Notes: a model not told the origin generated them from the letters alone. Positions 44,347 through 54,777 are shown, counted from the stretch's first letter. The stretch is 64,000 nucleotides of DNA from an uncultured Gemmatimonadales bacterium (GCA_963798845.1 CAWCUS010000006.1:1295060-1359059); one strand, 5' to 3'. Numbers and translations: made by a program.

Positions 44347-44504
44347 CGACTCCCCGCCCCGGGGTCGCGCAAGGCCGCGCAGCGGCCGCCGCGCGATACG
44401 ACTCCCCGCCCCGGGGTCGCGCAAGGCCGCGCAGCGGCCGCCGCGCGATCGACTCCCCGCCCCCGGGGTCGCGCAAGGCCGCGCAGCGGCCGCCGCGCGA
44501 TCGA
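44347..44504. repeat. 51-52 bp tandem repeat x3 with internal hairpin (REP-like)
   Basis: cgactccccgccccggggtcgcgcaaggccgcgcagcggccgccgcgcgat starting 44347, 44399, 44450. Confidence 0.9.
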
Positions 44505-44515
44505 ACCTCGATGGC

Positions 44516-46084
44516 TTACCCGCCGATCTCCACCTCGATGCTCCGCCACTTCCCCTGCCGGAACCGGGCGAGGCTCAGCGTGGAGCGGGTGACGTGGCCG
44601 GCCAGGATGGCGAGCCAGATGTCGATCGGATCGAGTCGCCCCATGCGCTCGAGGACGAAGCAGATGCCCAGCGGGATCACGATCTGGGACACGATGGAGA
44701 TGTAGAGCGGGCTCTTGGTGTCGCCGGTGCCCTGGAGCCCGCCGGTGTACGCCAGCGCGGTGGCGACGAACAGGCCGGAGATGCTGAGCACGCGGAGCAG
44801 CTGCGTTGCGATCCCCACCACCACCGGCTCGTCCATGCCGAACACGCCCAGCAGCTGGTGCGGGATGAGGAGGAAGAAGACGCCCACGCCCAGGGCGGCG
44901 GCCGCGGCGATGCGCGCGGCCACGTGCACCGCGGCGTCGGCGCGGTCGGCGTCGCCGGCGCCGAGGTTCTGCCCGGCGACGGCCGCGGCGGCGCCCATGA
45001 GCCCCACCGCCGTCCAGGTGATGAAGGAGAAGAGCTGCGTGTAGCCCACCGCGAACGCCGCCTGGGCTTCGGCGCTCATGGCCAGCGACCCGACGAACCC
45101 GAGCAGCAGCACGCCGCCCACGTTCATCGCGATCCCCTGGATCCCGGTGGGCAGGCCGAAGCGGAAGAGCGCCCGGATGATCGACCAGTCCGGCCGCAGG
45201 CTCGTGCCCGGGCCCCGCGGGAAGCGCACCACCCAGCCGCCGTGCCACAGCCGCCAGAGCGCGTACCACGACACGATCGCCGCCGAAAGCACCGTCCCCA
45301 TGGCCGCGCCCTTCGTCCCGAACGCCGGGATCGGGCCCAGCCCGCGGATCAGGATCACGTTCAGCCCGATGTTCATCAGCGTGATGACAACGCCAATGCG
45401 GAGCGGCGTGCGCGCGTCGCCCGCGGAGCGCAGCGCGCCGCCCAGCATGAAGAACACCAGCATCCCGCCGCTGAACACGAACATGATGCGGAGGTAGGGA
45501 AGCGCCTGCGCCTGCACGTCCGGCGCCGCGTTCACCAGGTTCAGCAGCGTCGGCGTGAGCACGTAGCCGAGCGGCGCCATGATCAGCAGCGACATGGCCG
45601 TCGCGGTCAGGAACGCCTGGTACACGGTCCGGTTGACCTTTTCCGGCTCGTCCCGCCCCGCGAAGCGCGCCACCAGGATGCTCATCCCCGTGAACAGGCT
45701 GGAGATGAACACGATCACCACCAGGAAGATCTGCCAGCTCACGCCGATCGCCGCGTTCGCCGCGTAGCCCACGTAGTTGCCCACCATCACGTGATCGACG
45801 ATCCCCTGCATCCCGCCGATCACGTTCTGCAGCATGGTCGGCCACGCGATCTTCCATACCGCCGGCGCCAGCGGACCTTCCACGATGGAGCGGTCGAACG
45901 CGCGGGCGCGCTGCGCGGCCGGAGAGATGGCCGGCGCCGCGCCACCCGCAGGCAGGGACGCCTCGCCAACCCCCGCAGTCGCAGCCGACGTCGTTGCCGC
46001 GCCCTTCGCGGGGAGGGCCGGAGCGCCGGCCGCAGCCTCCGTCGGGGCGGACGGAAGCGCTGGAGATTCCAGGGGATCAGTCAT
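44516..46084 (-). CDS. MATE family efflux transporter
   Basis: IAWPTM, LRSAGDARTPL, GQNLGAG, LQGTGDTKSP. Confidence 0.93.
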   Translation of the reverse strand: MTDPLESPALPSAPTEAAAGAPALPAKGAATTSAATAGVGEASLPAGGAAPAISPAAQRARAFDRSIVEGPLAPAVWKIAWPTMLQNVIGGMQGIVDHVMVGNYVGYAANAAIGVSWQIFLVVIVFISSLFTGMSILVARFAGRDEPEKVNRTVYQAFLTATAMSLLIMAPLGYVLTPTLLNLVNAAPDVQAQALPYLRIMFVFSGGMLVFFMLGGALRSAGDARTPLRIGVVITLMNIGLNVILIRGLGPIPAFGTKGAAMGTVLSAAIVSWYALWRLWHGGWVVRFPRGPGTSLRPDWSIIRALFRFGLPTGIQGIAMNVGGVLLLGFVGSLAMSAEAQAAFAVGYTQLFSFITWTAVGLMGAAAAVAGQNLGAGDADRADAAVHVAARIAAAAALGVGVFFLLIPHQLLGVFGMDEPVVVGIATQLLRVLSISGLFVATALAYTGGLQGTGDTKSPLYISIVSQIVIPLGICFVLERMGRLDPIDIWLAILAGHVTRSTLSLARFRQGKWRSIEVEIGG

Positions 46085-46327
46085 GAATCCGGAGAATAGG
46101 GGCCTTGGAAGCTACGCATCCCCCCCGGGAATTCCAGGGTCTTCGGGCCCGCTGGCTCGACCCCACCGACGCCGCCTACGGCGAGGTCCACGGCACCATG
46201 GAAGCCAAGGTCCAGCTCTGGGAAGGCGACACCGGCACCGGCCGCACCGTCGGGACCACCGCCACCTTCGCCATCCCCATCAACCCGCGGGGCGGCGTCC
46301 CGAGCTGACCCGGGCGCCGCCGGGCGG

Positions 46328-47878
46328 TCAGCCCCGCCGCCGCGCGCCTGTTCGCCGGCCCAGCCCACCCTTGCCGCCGCTGCGGCCGTAGCCGCCGCGG
46401 CCGTAGCCGTCGCCGCCCCTGCCGTCGCCGCTGCGGCTGTCACCGCTGCCGCCGCCGTTGCCGCCGCTGCGGCTGCCGGCGCTACGCCTGCTGCCGCCGT
46501 TGCCGCCGTTGCTGCCGTTGCCGCCGTTGCTGCCGTTGCCGCCATTGCGGCTGCTGCCGCCGTTGCCGCCATTGCCGCCGCTGCCGTTCCGGGGCCTCGA
46601 GTACGAGCCGGACGTCGAGGTGGCGGCTCCCGTTCTCTCCGCTTTCTCGGCCGTCCTCCGTCGGGCCTCGGCCCGCTCGGCCCGCACTTTCGCCAGCCGC
46701 TCCGCCAGCGGGATCTCGAGCGCCTCGCCGGCGTTGTGGGCGTCGTAGTCGAAGCCGTCGACCGTCCGCCGCTCGATCGGCTTGCCGACTTTCCGCTCGA
46801 TGGCTCGCACCATCGCGAGGTCTTCCGGCGTGACGAAGGTGTACGCGTCGCCCGTGGCTTCCGCACGGCCGGTCCTGCCCACCCGGTGGATGTAGTCCTC
46901 CGGCGTGGCCGGGACGTCGAAGTTCACCACGTGCTCCAGCGCCTCCACGTCGATGCCGCGCGCCAGGATGTCCGTGGCCACGATCACCTGGAAGCGACCC
47001 GCCCGGAAACCGTCCAGCGCCAGCGTGCGCTGCTTCTGGCTCCGGTTCCCGTGGATCCGGGCCACGCTCACGCCCTGCCGCTCCAGCTTCTGCGCCACCC
47101 GGTTCGCCCGGTGCTTCGTCCTCGTGAACACGATGGCGTTCCCCACCTCGCCTCGCCGGAGCAGCTCCAGCAGCAGCTCCACCTTCCCCTTCTGCGACAC
47201 CGGGTAGAGCGCCTGCAGCACGCCTTCAGCCGGCGCCTGCTTCCGCTCCACGTCGATCCGCGCCGGCCGGTCCAGCATCTCGCCCGCCAGGTCGACGATC
47301 GCGCGGGGAAGCGTCGCCGAGAAGAAGAACGTCTGCCGAGGCCGGTTCGGCAGGTGCCGGATGATCTTCCGGATCTCCGGCAGGAACCCCATGTCCAGCA
47401 TCCGGTCCGCTTCGTCCAGCACCAGCACTTCCAGCGCCGGCAGCGTCCCGTGGTCGCGGCCGAAATGGTCCAGCAGCCGACCCGGCGTGGCCACCATGAT
47501 GTCCACGCCCCGCTTGAACGCGCTCACCTGCGGCCCCATCGCCACACCGCCGAAGATGGATGTCACCGTGATCTTCGTGTGTGTCGCCAGCGCACGCGCG
47601 TGCTCCTCCACCTGCGCCGCCAGCTCACGCGTCGGCACCAGCACCAGCGCCCGCGTCGCTCCGCGCTCCCGCTGCAGCAGCCGCTGCAGGATCGGCAGCA
47701 CGAACGCCGCCGTCTTCCCGCTTCCCGTGGCCGCGCACCCCAGTACGTCCCGACCCGTCATTCCCGCCGGGATCGCCGTCTCCTGCACCGGCGTCGGCTT
47801 CGTGAAACCCTCGTCCGCCACCGCAGCCAGCAGCCGCGGGTCCAGCATCATCCCGGCAAACTCTTCCTGCTTCGTCAT
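46328..47878 (-). CDS. rhlE: DEAD-box RNA helicase (RhlE-like) with Gly/Asn-rich tail
   Basis: ATGSGKT, PTRELA, TPGR, LDEADRMLDMGF, SAT, ARGID, HRVGRTGR. Confidence 0.93.
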   Translation of the reverse strand: MTKQEEFAGMMLDPRLLAAVADEGFTKPTPVQETAIPAGMTGRDVLGCAATGSGKTAAFVLPILQRLLQRERGATRALVLVPTRELAAQVEEHARALATHTKITVTSIFGGVAMGPQVSAFKRGVDIMVATPGRLLDHFGRDHGTLPALEVLVLDEADRMLDMGFLPEIRKIIRHLPNRPRQTFFFSATLPRAIVDLAGEMLDRPARIDVERKQAPAEGVLQALYPVSQKGKVELLLELLRRGEVGNAIVFTRTKHRANRVAQKLERQGVSVARIHGNRSQKQRTLALDGFRAGRFQVIVATDILARGIDVEALEHVVNFDVPATPEDYIHRVGRTGRAEATGDAYTFVTPEDLAMVRAIERKVGKPIERRTVDGFDYDAHNAGEALEIPLAERLAKVRAERAEARRRTAEKAERTGAATSTSGSYSRPRNGSGGNGGNGGSSRNGGNGSNGGNGSNGGNGGSRRSAGSRSGGNGGGSGDSRSGDGRGGDGYGRGGYGRSGGKGGLGRRTGARRRG

Positions 47879-48012
47879 CCAGTTCCTTCCGATGGGTCGG
47901 CGCCCCGTGGTCCGGCACATCCGGAAGGAGCGCACAAAAAAAGAACCCCGGCGTCCGCCGAGGCTCTCTCGATCGTCCGAGCGCGGCACCCCCTGGTGCT
48001 CACGCAGGCTGG

Positions 48013-48041
48013 AAGGTAACGGCAATCCCATTGGCCGACAA
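48013..48041 (-). promoter_or_regulatory. Putative sigma70 promoter of the DEAD-box helicase
   Basis: TTGTCG-N17-TACCTT. Confidence 0.5.
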
Positions 48042-48259
48042 TGGAGCGGGATTCCGCCGATCCGCGGCGTGGTCAGACGCCGGACCCCTCCGCCGACGCC
48101 CCGGCCGCGGGGTCCCGTCCCGGCTCCAGCCCGGCGCCATGGCCGACGCCAACGACGAACCCCGGTTCGCGGAGCTCCGGGTCGTGCCTTCCGATCCGGT
48201 CCTTGCTTCCCGCTCGTTCGGCGTGCATCTTCTCATGGAATCTCAATCATGTAAAATCA

Positions 48260-49417
48260 ATGACAGCGCGCAACCCATTCGAATACGGGCGGGAGCTCGG
48301 ACACGACGAGCTGGTCGACCGCGCCGACGAGCTCGCGCAGCTGGCGGCGGTGATCCGCAACCGCGGCAAGCTCTTCCTGATCGGTCCTCGCCGCTTCGGC
48401 AAGACTTCGCTGCTGGCGGCCGCGGCGGAAGAAGCGGAGGCGGCATCGGTGGTCGTCCTGCGGTTCGACGCGGAGAAGTACGAGACGCTGGACCTGCTGG
48501 CGGCGGCGCTGCTGACGGGTGCGGCGCGGGCGCTGGAGGGTCCGCTGGAGCGGCTGGCGGGGATGATCGGGCGGGCCGCGTCGCGGCTGCGGCCGTCGCT
48601 CGAAGTCGACCCGCTGACCGGCGCGCTGAGCGTTTCGCTGGGGGCGGCTGGCGGGGCGGGCGGTCCGCTGCCGCTGCTGACGGACGCGCTGGATGCGGTG
48701 GAGTCGCTGGCGGAGGAATCGGGTCGGGACGTGGTCGTGGTGCTGGACGAGGTGCAGCAGATCGTGGTGGAGCACGGGGAAGCGGCGGAGCGGCAGCTGC
48801 GTGCGACGGTGCAGCGCCACCGCCACGTGGGCTACATCTTCGCCGGCTCGGCGACGCGGCTGCTCACGGCCATGACCACGGACGCGAACCGGCCGTTCTA
48901 CCGCATGGGCGAGCGCACGTTCCTCGGTCCGATCCCCGACGCCGACTTCCTCGGTTTCCTGCGCGGGTCGTTCGAGAACAGCGGCTTCGAGGCGGCGCCC
49001 GGCGCGTGCGAGCGCGTGCTCGATCGTGCGGGCCGCGTGCCGTACAACGTGCAGCGGCTGGCGCACGAGGCGTGGGAGATGCTGCGGGGCGGTGAGGCCG
49101 CGTCGCTCACGCCGGAGGTGGTGGACCGCGCGGTCGAGCGGATCGTGGGGCGTGAGGACCCGGCGTACACGCAGCTCTGGACGTCCCTGACCACGAACCA
49201 GAAGAAGACGTTGAAGGCGGCCATCGTCACCGGCGGCACCGGGCTCCAGTCTGGCGACGTCGCGCTCCGCTTCACCATCTCGCCCGCGAGCGTCCAGGTG
49301 GCACTGGCCGCGCTCGAGGACCGCCACATCCTGCGTCGCGACCTCGAAGCCCGGGGCGCGTACCGGCTGGTGGACCCCTTCCTGGCCACATGGCTGGAGG
49401 TGGCGCAGGCGGTGTAG
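48260..49417 (+). CDS. AAA+ (archaeal ATPase_2-like) ATP-binding protein with C-terminal winged helix
   Basis: NPF..G, GPRRFGKTS Walker A, VVLDEVQ Walker B, IFAGS, YRLVDPFL. Confidence 0.85.
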   Translation: MTARNPFEYGRELGHDELVDRADELAQLAAVIRNRGKLFLIGPRRFGKTSLLAAAAEEAEAASVVVLRFDAEKYETLDLLAAALLTGAARALEGPLERLAGMIGRAASRLRPSLEVDPLTGALSVSLGAAGGAGGPLPLLTDALDAVESLAEESGRDVVVVLDEVQQIVVEHGEAAERQLRATVQRHRHVGYIFAGSATRLLTAMTTDANRPFYRMGERTFLGPIPDADFLGFLRGSFENSGFEAAPGACERVLDRAGRVPYNVQRLAHEAWEMLRGGEAASLTPEVVDRAVERIVGREDPAYTQLWTSLTTNQKKTLKAAIVTGGTGLQSGDVALRFTISPASVQVALAALEDRHILRRDLEARGAYRLVDPFLATWLEVAQAV

Positions 49418-49516
49418 GCCCCCGGTTGAAGCTCCGGCTTCTGTCGAGGCCTGGAGGTGGCGCAGACGGTATGCCCGCGGTGTTGAAGCTCCACCTTCGG
49501 TCGAGTCCTGGAGGTG
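49393..49516. repeat. ~57-bp degenerate repeats of the ATPase 3' end
   Basis: ctggaggtg(gcgcag) recurs near 49394, 49451, 49508, with ttgaagctcc twice. Confidence 0.75.
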
Positions 49517-49522
49517 AACGGC

Positions 49523-49767
49523 GAGGGCACGGAGTACAGCGGTTACACGGAGAACGGCGGGAGGTACGGAGGACACGGAGAACAGGGAGCCCTGTGGTGT
49601 GCGGCCGCCGGCGCGGCCTCCCCCGCCCCCCGGGCGTCCCCTCCGTGATCTCCGCCCCTCCCGCCGTTCTCCGTGTAACCGCTGTCCTCTGTGCCCTCTC
49701 GTGCCCTCTCGGTGCCCTCTCGGTGCCCTCTCTGTGCCCTCCCTGTGCCCTCCCTGTGCCCTCTCCG
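49523..49767. repeat. Inverted arms with 9-bp periodicity upstream of GxxExxY gene, plus GTGCCCTC tracts
   Basis: 49523-49580 is near-complementary to 49641-49698. Confidence 0.85.
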
Positions 49768-49869
49768 TCTGGCCCACCCCGGCATGAAATCGTCCACCCC
49801 GGCCATTCCGGGACCCGCCCTTTCCTGCCACCGTGTCAACCGCCATCCCACGGACCGGACTGGAGCCCC

Positions 49870-50283
49870 ATGGCCCACGATGTGAATTTTCTCACCGAAC
49901 GCATCATCAGCGCCGCAATCGAGGTCCACCGTGCGCTCGGGCCAGGCCTGCTCGAGTCGGCATACAGGACGTTCCTGTCGACCGAGCTGCGGCTGCGGGG
50001 GCTGAAGGTCGAACGGGAGGTGGAAGTGCCGGTGACGTACCGCGGCCAGCGTCTGGACTGCGGGTACCGGATGGACCTGCGGGTCGAGCGGCTGGTGGTA
50101 GTGGAGCTCAAGGCCGTCGAGCGTCTGCACCCGGCCCACACCGCCCAGCTCCTCACCTACCTCCGTCTCTCCGGCGCCCCCGTAGGTCTTCTCCTCAATT
50201 TCAACGCGCCGGTCCTGAAGGACGGCATCAGGCGCGTGATGTGTGGCCGGACCGTGCCCCCCCTCTCGGGCAGAACCGAATGA
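49870..50283 (+). CDS. GxxExxY protein (PD-(D/E)XK-like)
   Basis: EVHRALGPGLLESAY, YRMDLRVE, VELKAVE, QLLTYL, LLNFN. Confidence 0.93.
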   Translation: MAHDVNFLTERIISAAIEVHRALGPGLLESAYRTFLSTELRLRGLKVEREVEVPVTYRGQRLDCGYRMDLRVERLVVVELKAVERLHPAHTAQLLTYLRLSGAPVGLLLNFNAPVLKDGIRRVMCGRTVPPLSGRTE

Positions 50284-50334
50284 GCACGCTCCAGCCCCCC
50301 GAACCAGAGGTCCCCCGATTCACGTGACGCCCCC

Positions 50335-50479
50335 CTCCGTGCCCTCCGTCCCTCCCGCCGTTCTCCGTGTAACCGCTGTCCTCCGTGCCCTCCAGATGGT
50401 CTCTCCGTGCCCTCCTGATGGTCTCTCCGTGCCCTCCTGATGGTCTCTCCGTGCCCTCCAGATGCTCTCCGTGCCCTCC
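50335..50479. repeat. Second copy of reverse arm plus ~21-bp tandem units downstream of GxxExxY
   Basis: ctcccgccgttctccgtgtaaccgctgtcctc shared with about 49658-49689; ctccgtgccctcc(a/t)gatggtct about x4. Confidence 0.85.
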
Positions 50480-50486
50480 ACCCCCC

Positions 50487-51751
50487 CTACGTCCCCGCGA
50501 CCCGCGCCACCCGCCCCGCTGACGCCACCGCCTCCGCGATCTCCCCCGCGTCCCGCCCCACTCCGTGCACCATGGCGGACGAGAGCGACCGCTGGAAGTG
50601 CAGCCCGACGTAGTACAGCCCGGGCTCCCCTTCGGCCCGGCCTCGCCAGTGAAGCGGCTCGTGCTCGCCGTGCTCGCCCGCGTGCAGCCACTTCTCGAAC
50701 CCCGGTCGGAAGCCCGTGCACCAGACCACGTTCGCCACGTCCAGCACCCGGCCATCGTCCAGCGCCGGCATCCCGCCCCTCGCGCCCGCGGTGCGGCCCA
50801 CGAACTCCACGCCCGCGTCGGCGAGCTGGTCCCGCTTCACCCGGATGAGCGGGCCTCCGCGCCCGATGATCTTGCGACGCGCGGCGCGCCCCACCGGCGT
50901 CCCCACGCTCAGGAGTCGGTAGAAGATCACGCGGAGCACCAGGCGCACCAGGCCGTGGCGGCCCATGAATCCGTCGATCCGGAACGGCAGCTCGCCCACG
51001 TCCCTGCCGGACACCCACACCCGGTGGTGCGGCGCCAGCTCCCTGGCGATCTCCGCCGCCGAGTTGCCCGCGCCCACCAGGAGCACGCCGCCCGGCTTCA
51101 GCTGTGACGGGTTGCGGTAGTCCCGCGAGTGGATCTGCACGATCCCCGGGTCCAGCTCCGCGGCGAAGTCCGGCACCCACGGCTCCTGGAAGTTCGCCAT
51201 GGCGACGACCACGTGGTCCGCGACGAACCGGCGCCCGTCCGTCGTCTCGACCATGAAATGCCCGCCCGGGGCCCGGGTCACGCTCGTCACCTGCGCCTCC
51301 GTCCGCACCGGCAGGTCGAACTTGCGCGCGTACGCTTCGAGGTAGTCCGCCATCTCGTCCTTCGTGGGGAACGAGTAGGGCGAGGCGGGGAAGGGCATGC
51401 CGGGCAGCGCGTCGTAGCGCGCGGGCGTGAACAGTCGCAGCGAGTCCCAGCGGCGGCGCCAGACATCGCCGACGCGCGCGGCCGCCTCCAGGATCACGAA
51501 CGCGACGCCCCGCCGCTTCAGCTGGTACCCGGTGGCCAGCCCCGCCTGTCCGCCGCCCACCACGACGGTGTCGATCCGCTCCGGCCGATCCGCAGCCGCC
51601 GGCCGATCCCCCGTCGCCGGCCGACCTGCGCCGCCGGCCGACCTGCCGCCGCCGGCCGACCTGCCGCCGCCGGCCGACCTGCCGCCGGCCGACCTGCCGC
51701 CGCCGCCCGCTCCGCCGTTCCCGCCGTGACCGTTCCGCGCGCGCCGATCAT
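50487..51751 (-). CDS. Flavin-containing monooxygenase / FAD-NAD(P)-binding oxidoreductase; frameshift at about 51630 in N-terminal 18-bp repeats
   Basis: GGAGG RBS before ATG 51751; GGGQAG, WRRRWDSLRLFTP, HSRDY, GAGNSA, WCTGF. Confidence 0.85.
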
Positions 51752-51887
51752 GTCGCCTCCCGGGTGCGTCCGCTCCAGTGCCCGGACGGCCGCCCGCCGG
51801 CCGCCCACGTCCACTATGGCGGCGCCGGCCCCGCGAGCGCTTCGGGAGAACTGACCATTTTTCGGGGGAAGGTGGGGATGGGTAATT

Positions 51888-53717
51888 CTATGCAGGCGAC
51901 GACGGGGCTCCGCCGCCCGCGTCGCCCTCGTCGGCCGCGCCGGCCAGTCCGTGCTCGTACGCGAACGCCGTCGCCGCGGCCCGCGACGACACGCCCAGCT
52001 TGCCGAAGATGTTGCTCACGTGCCGCGCGACGGTCTTCTCGCTGATGAACAGCCGCTCCGCCACTTCCCGGTTCGTCCGGCCGGTGGCCACTTCCGTCAG
52101 CACTTCCGTCTCCCGCGGCGTGAGCCCGTGCCGGCGACCCCGGGCCGCGCGGGCGCCGCCCCGATCCCCGCCGCCCGTGCCGCCCCGATCCCGGCCGCCC
52201 GTGCCGCCCCGATCCCCGCCGCCCGTGCCGCCCCGATCCCCGCCGCCTGTGTCGCCCCGATCCCCGCCGCCCGCTTCCACGCCGGCCGTGCCGGGCGACG
52301 CCCCAAGCCGTTCCAGCACCGCGACCGCCGCTTCCAGCTCCAGCGCCGCCCCGTCGCGGTCGCCCAGCGCTTCGCACGCGCGACCCAGCAGCACCCTGGC
52401 GCGGGCGGCATCGTAGGGCGCGTCCAGCCCCCGCCACTCCGACGCGGCCCGGCGCAGGTGGGAGAGCGCGGCCGAGGGATCGCCGCGGGCGAGGAGCACG
52501 GCGCCCCGCGCGTGCGCGGCCATGGCCACCAGGACCGGGGACCCGTACCGCTCCGCCAGCGCTTCCAGCTCCGCGGCCCCGGCGTCCGCATCCTCGATGG
52601 CCTTGCCTGCGCCCGCGCCGGAACCCTCCGCGGTCGCCAGCAGGACCTCCACGTACGCGGGCAGCAGGCGCGCGCGGCGCAGCGGGTCGGCGGATTCGGA
52701 CAGGGCGCGGCGGATGGCGGCGGCGGCGGCTTCGTCGTCGCCCTGGGCCAGGCGGAGGAGGGCGAGCCCCGGCTGCGGCTCGCGCCCGGCCCGGCTCGCC
52801 GCCCGGTAGGCCACCTCGGCCGCGTCCAGCTCGCCCAGCAGGCGGTGCGCCTCGCCCTGCTGGTACAGCGCAAGCGCCGCGGCCGGCCCGCGCGCCCGGT
52901 GCATCCGCTCCTCGGCGCGCTTCGCCTCGTCCAGCGCTTCGCGCCACCGCCCGTGCATCTGCATGAGCTCCGACCGGTACACCCCGCACTCGCCGGCGTA
53001 CGCCACCATGTCCGGCTGCCGCGCGCACCACTCCGCCAGCGCTTCCGTCCACTCGTGCGCCCGCCCGACCGCGTACACGCTCCGGCACGCGCCCAGCACC
53101 GAGCAGTAGACCAGCCCCGTGACCAGCGGCGACAGCTCCTCCGACGTCACGGCGACCATCGCTTCGTCCAGCAGCGCCAGCCCTTCCACCACCCGCCCCT
53201 GCACCAGCACGGCGCGCCCCTGCATGTGCACCGCCAGCGCCAGCACGTCACGGTCGCCGCTCCGCTGCGCGACGCCCGCCGCTTCCGCCGCCAGCCGCTC
53301 CGCCCCCGCCGCGTCGCCGGACATGGCCCGCTGGAGCGCCGCCGGCACCAGGAGGAAGCCTCGCTCCGGCGACTCCGCGGGCGCACCCGCGTCGTCGAGG
53401 AGACGCGCCGCCCGGCCGAACCAGCCGCTCGCCCGCGCCACCTCGCCCCGCTCCCCCAGGTGCATCCCCAGCCATGTCGCCGCCCTCGCCGCCGCCGGAA
53501 CCTCGCCGGCTGCCAGCCACGCTTCGTGCGCGCGCTCCAGCGCGTCCAGGAACGTGGCCACGTGGCCGGTCAGGTACGCCGCGACCCCGAGCCGCCACAG
53601 GTCCTCCGCCCCCAGCGGCGACTCCGCGTCCGCCCGCTCCAGCGCTTCCCGCGCCTCCCCCCACTCCAGGCGTTCCTGGGCCTCCCGCCCCCGTTCGAGC
53701 TGCGACGCCGCCGTCAC
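51888..53717 (-). CDS. LuxR-type HTH regulator with N-terminal TPR-like region
   Basis: LTPRETEVL...TNREVAERLFISEKTVARHVSNIFGKL; 24-bp GGGDRGGT repeats in linker. Confidence 0.9.
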   Translation of the reverse strand: MTAASQLERGREAQERLEWGEAREALERADAESPLGAEDLWRLGVAAYLTGHVATFLDALERAHEAWLAAGEVPAAARAATWLGMHLGERGEVARASGWFGRAARLLDDAGAPAESPERGFLLVPAALQRAMSGDAAGAERLAAEAAGVAQRSGDRDVLALAVHMQGRAVLVQGRVVEGLALLDEAMVAVTSEELSPLVTGLVYCSVLGACRSVYAVGRAHEWTEALAEWCARQPDMVAYAGECGVYRSELMQMHGRWREALDEAKRAEERMHRARGPAAALALYQQGEAHRLLGELDAAEVAYRAASRAGREPQPGLALLRLAQGDDEAAAAAIRRALSESADPLRRARLLPAYVEVLLATAEGSGAGAGKAIEDADAGAAELEALAERYGSPVLVAMAAHARGAVLLARGDPSAALSHLRRAASEWRGLDAPYDAARARVLLGRACEALGDRDGAALELEAAVAVLERLGASPGTAGVEAGGGDRGDTGGGDRGGTGGGDRGGTGGRDRGGTGGGDRGGARAARGRRHGLTPRETEVLTEVATGRTNREVAERLFISEKTVARHVSNIFGKLGVSSRAAATAFAYEHGLAGAADEGDAGGGAPSSPA

Positions 53718-53724
53718 GCCCGCC

Positions 53725-54777
53725 TCACCGGCCGGCCCCGGGCAGCGCTCCGGTCCCTCCAGGCAGGGCGTCCCGGGGGCGGCTCATGTCCATCGCGCCG
53801 CGCACCGCTTCGGAGGACGGCGAGGCCGCGATCGGGAACGGCGGCGACGCCCCGCGCGCCCACAGCCAGCTGCTGGCCGCGCCGTCGCCATCCAGGACCC
53901 AGGGGTCGTCCGGCGCTCCCGCCCAGCCGTTCGGGTCGGTCACCTGAACGTAGCCCGGCCGCGGGATGCGCTGGTACAGCTCGCGTCCCACTTCGAAGTG
54001 GAGGTGCGGACCCGTGGTGCACCCCGTGTTCCCGGACAGCCCCACCGACTGCCCCGCGGCAACGGTCTGACCGGTGGCGACGTCGATCCGGCTCAGGTGG
54101 ATGTACTGCACGAGGAACCGCTCGCCCCCGGGCGCCGTCGCCAGCACGACCACGTAGAGCGCGCTCACCAGCTGGTTGCCGAGGAGCGGGCACGGCCACG
54201 GCGTTTCGGACCCCGCCGACAGCACGGTCCCGTTCGCCACCGACAGGAGCGGCGTGCCCACCGGCATCGGCCAGTCGTAGCCGTCGTGCCCTTCCAGCCC
54301 CGCCACGTTCCGCCCCGTCCACAGCAGGATCATGCCCGCGTTCCCGCTCCAGCGGGGCAGGTCGTGGTCGAACCCGTTCCACACCGTGTACGTGCCGTGG
54401 AACGGCGGCGAGGTGAACAGCGGGATCGTGTCCGGGGCGACGCGCACCGCCAGCCGCGTCTCCGCCACGCCGTCCGCCGACGCGCCGATCTCCGCCGCTC
54501 CCTCGCTCACCCCCGTCACCCGCCCGTCCCCGGACACCTCCGCCACCGACCCGTCGCTCGTGGACCAGCGCACGCCCTCCACCGACGCCGTGTCCCCGCC
54601 CGCCGTGTAGCCCCGCACGCCGAACCCCACGGTGCGCCCCCGCACCAGCACGTCGCTCGGCGCCACGATGGCCAGCCGCGTCACTCCTGCCGGGCCGGTC
54701 CCGGCATCGCCGCACGCCGCGGCCGCGACCAGCAGGGCGGGGAAGAGGCGGCGGGCCAACGGATTGAAGCTGCGCAT
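53725..54777 (-). CDS. M23 family peptidase lipoprotein with Ig-like (Big_2) domain
   Basis: Lipobox AAAC, WSTSD..VAEV, HDGYD, YIHL, TGPHLHFEV. Confidence 0.88.
   Translation of the reverse strand: MRSFNPLARRLFPALLVAAAACGDAGTGPAGVTRLAIVAPSDVLVRGRTVGFGVRGYTAGGDTASVEGVRWSTSDGSVAEVSGDGRVTGVSEGAAEIGASADGVAETRLAVRVAPDTIPLFTSPPFHGTYTVWNGFDHDLPRWSGNAGMILLWTGRNVAGLEGHDGYDWPMPVGTPLLSVANGTVLSAGSETPWPCPLLGNQLVSALYVVVLATAPGGERFLVQYIHLSRIDVATGQTVAAGQSVGLSGNTGCTTGPHLHFEVGRELYQRIPRPGYVQVTDPNGWAGAPDDPWVLDGDGAASSWLWARGASPPFPIAASPSSEAVRGAMDMSRPRDALPGGTGALPGAGR

Noticed and set aside
44347..44504. CRISPR array (also considered for 4635-4720, 5019-5155, 12363-12461)
   Set aside because: Units are contiguous tandem copies with no unique spacers, and no cas genes are present.
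46105..46308. Small plus-strand ORF between MATE and helicase
   Set aside because: No clear RBS or family motif; could be a gene remnant but unsupported.
48019..48040. TGTCGG upstream of the DEAD-box helicase as a fourth PafBC motif
   Set aside because: N10 is followed by TG, not TA; it fits better as a standard -35/-10 promoter with 17-bp spacing.
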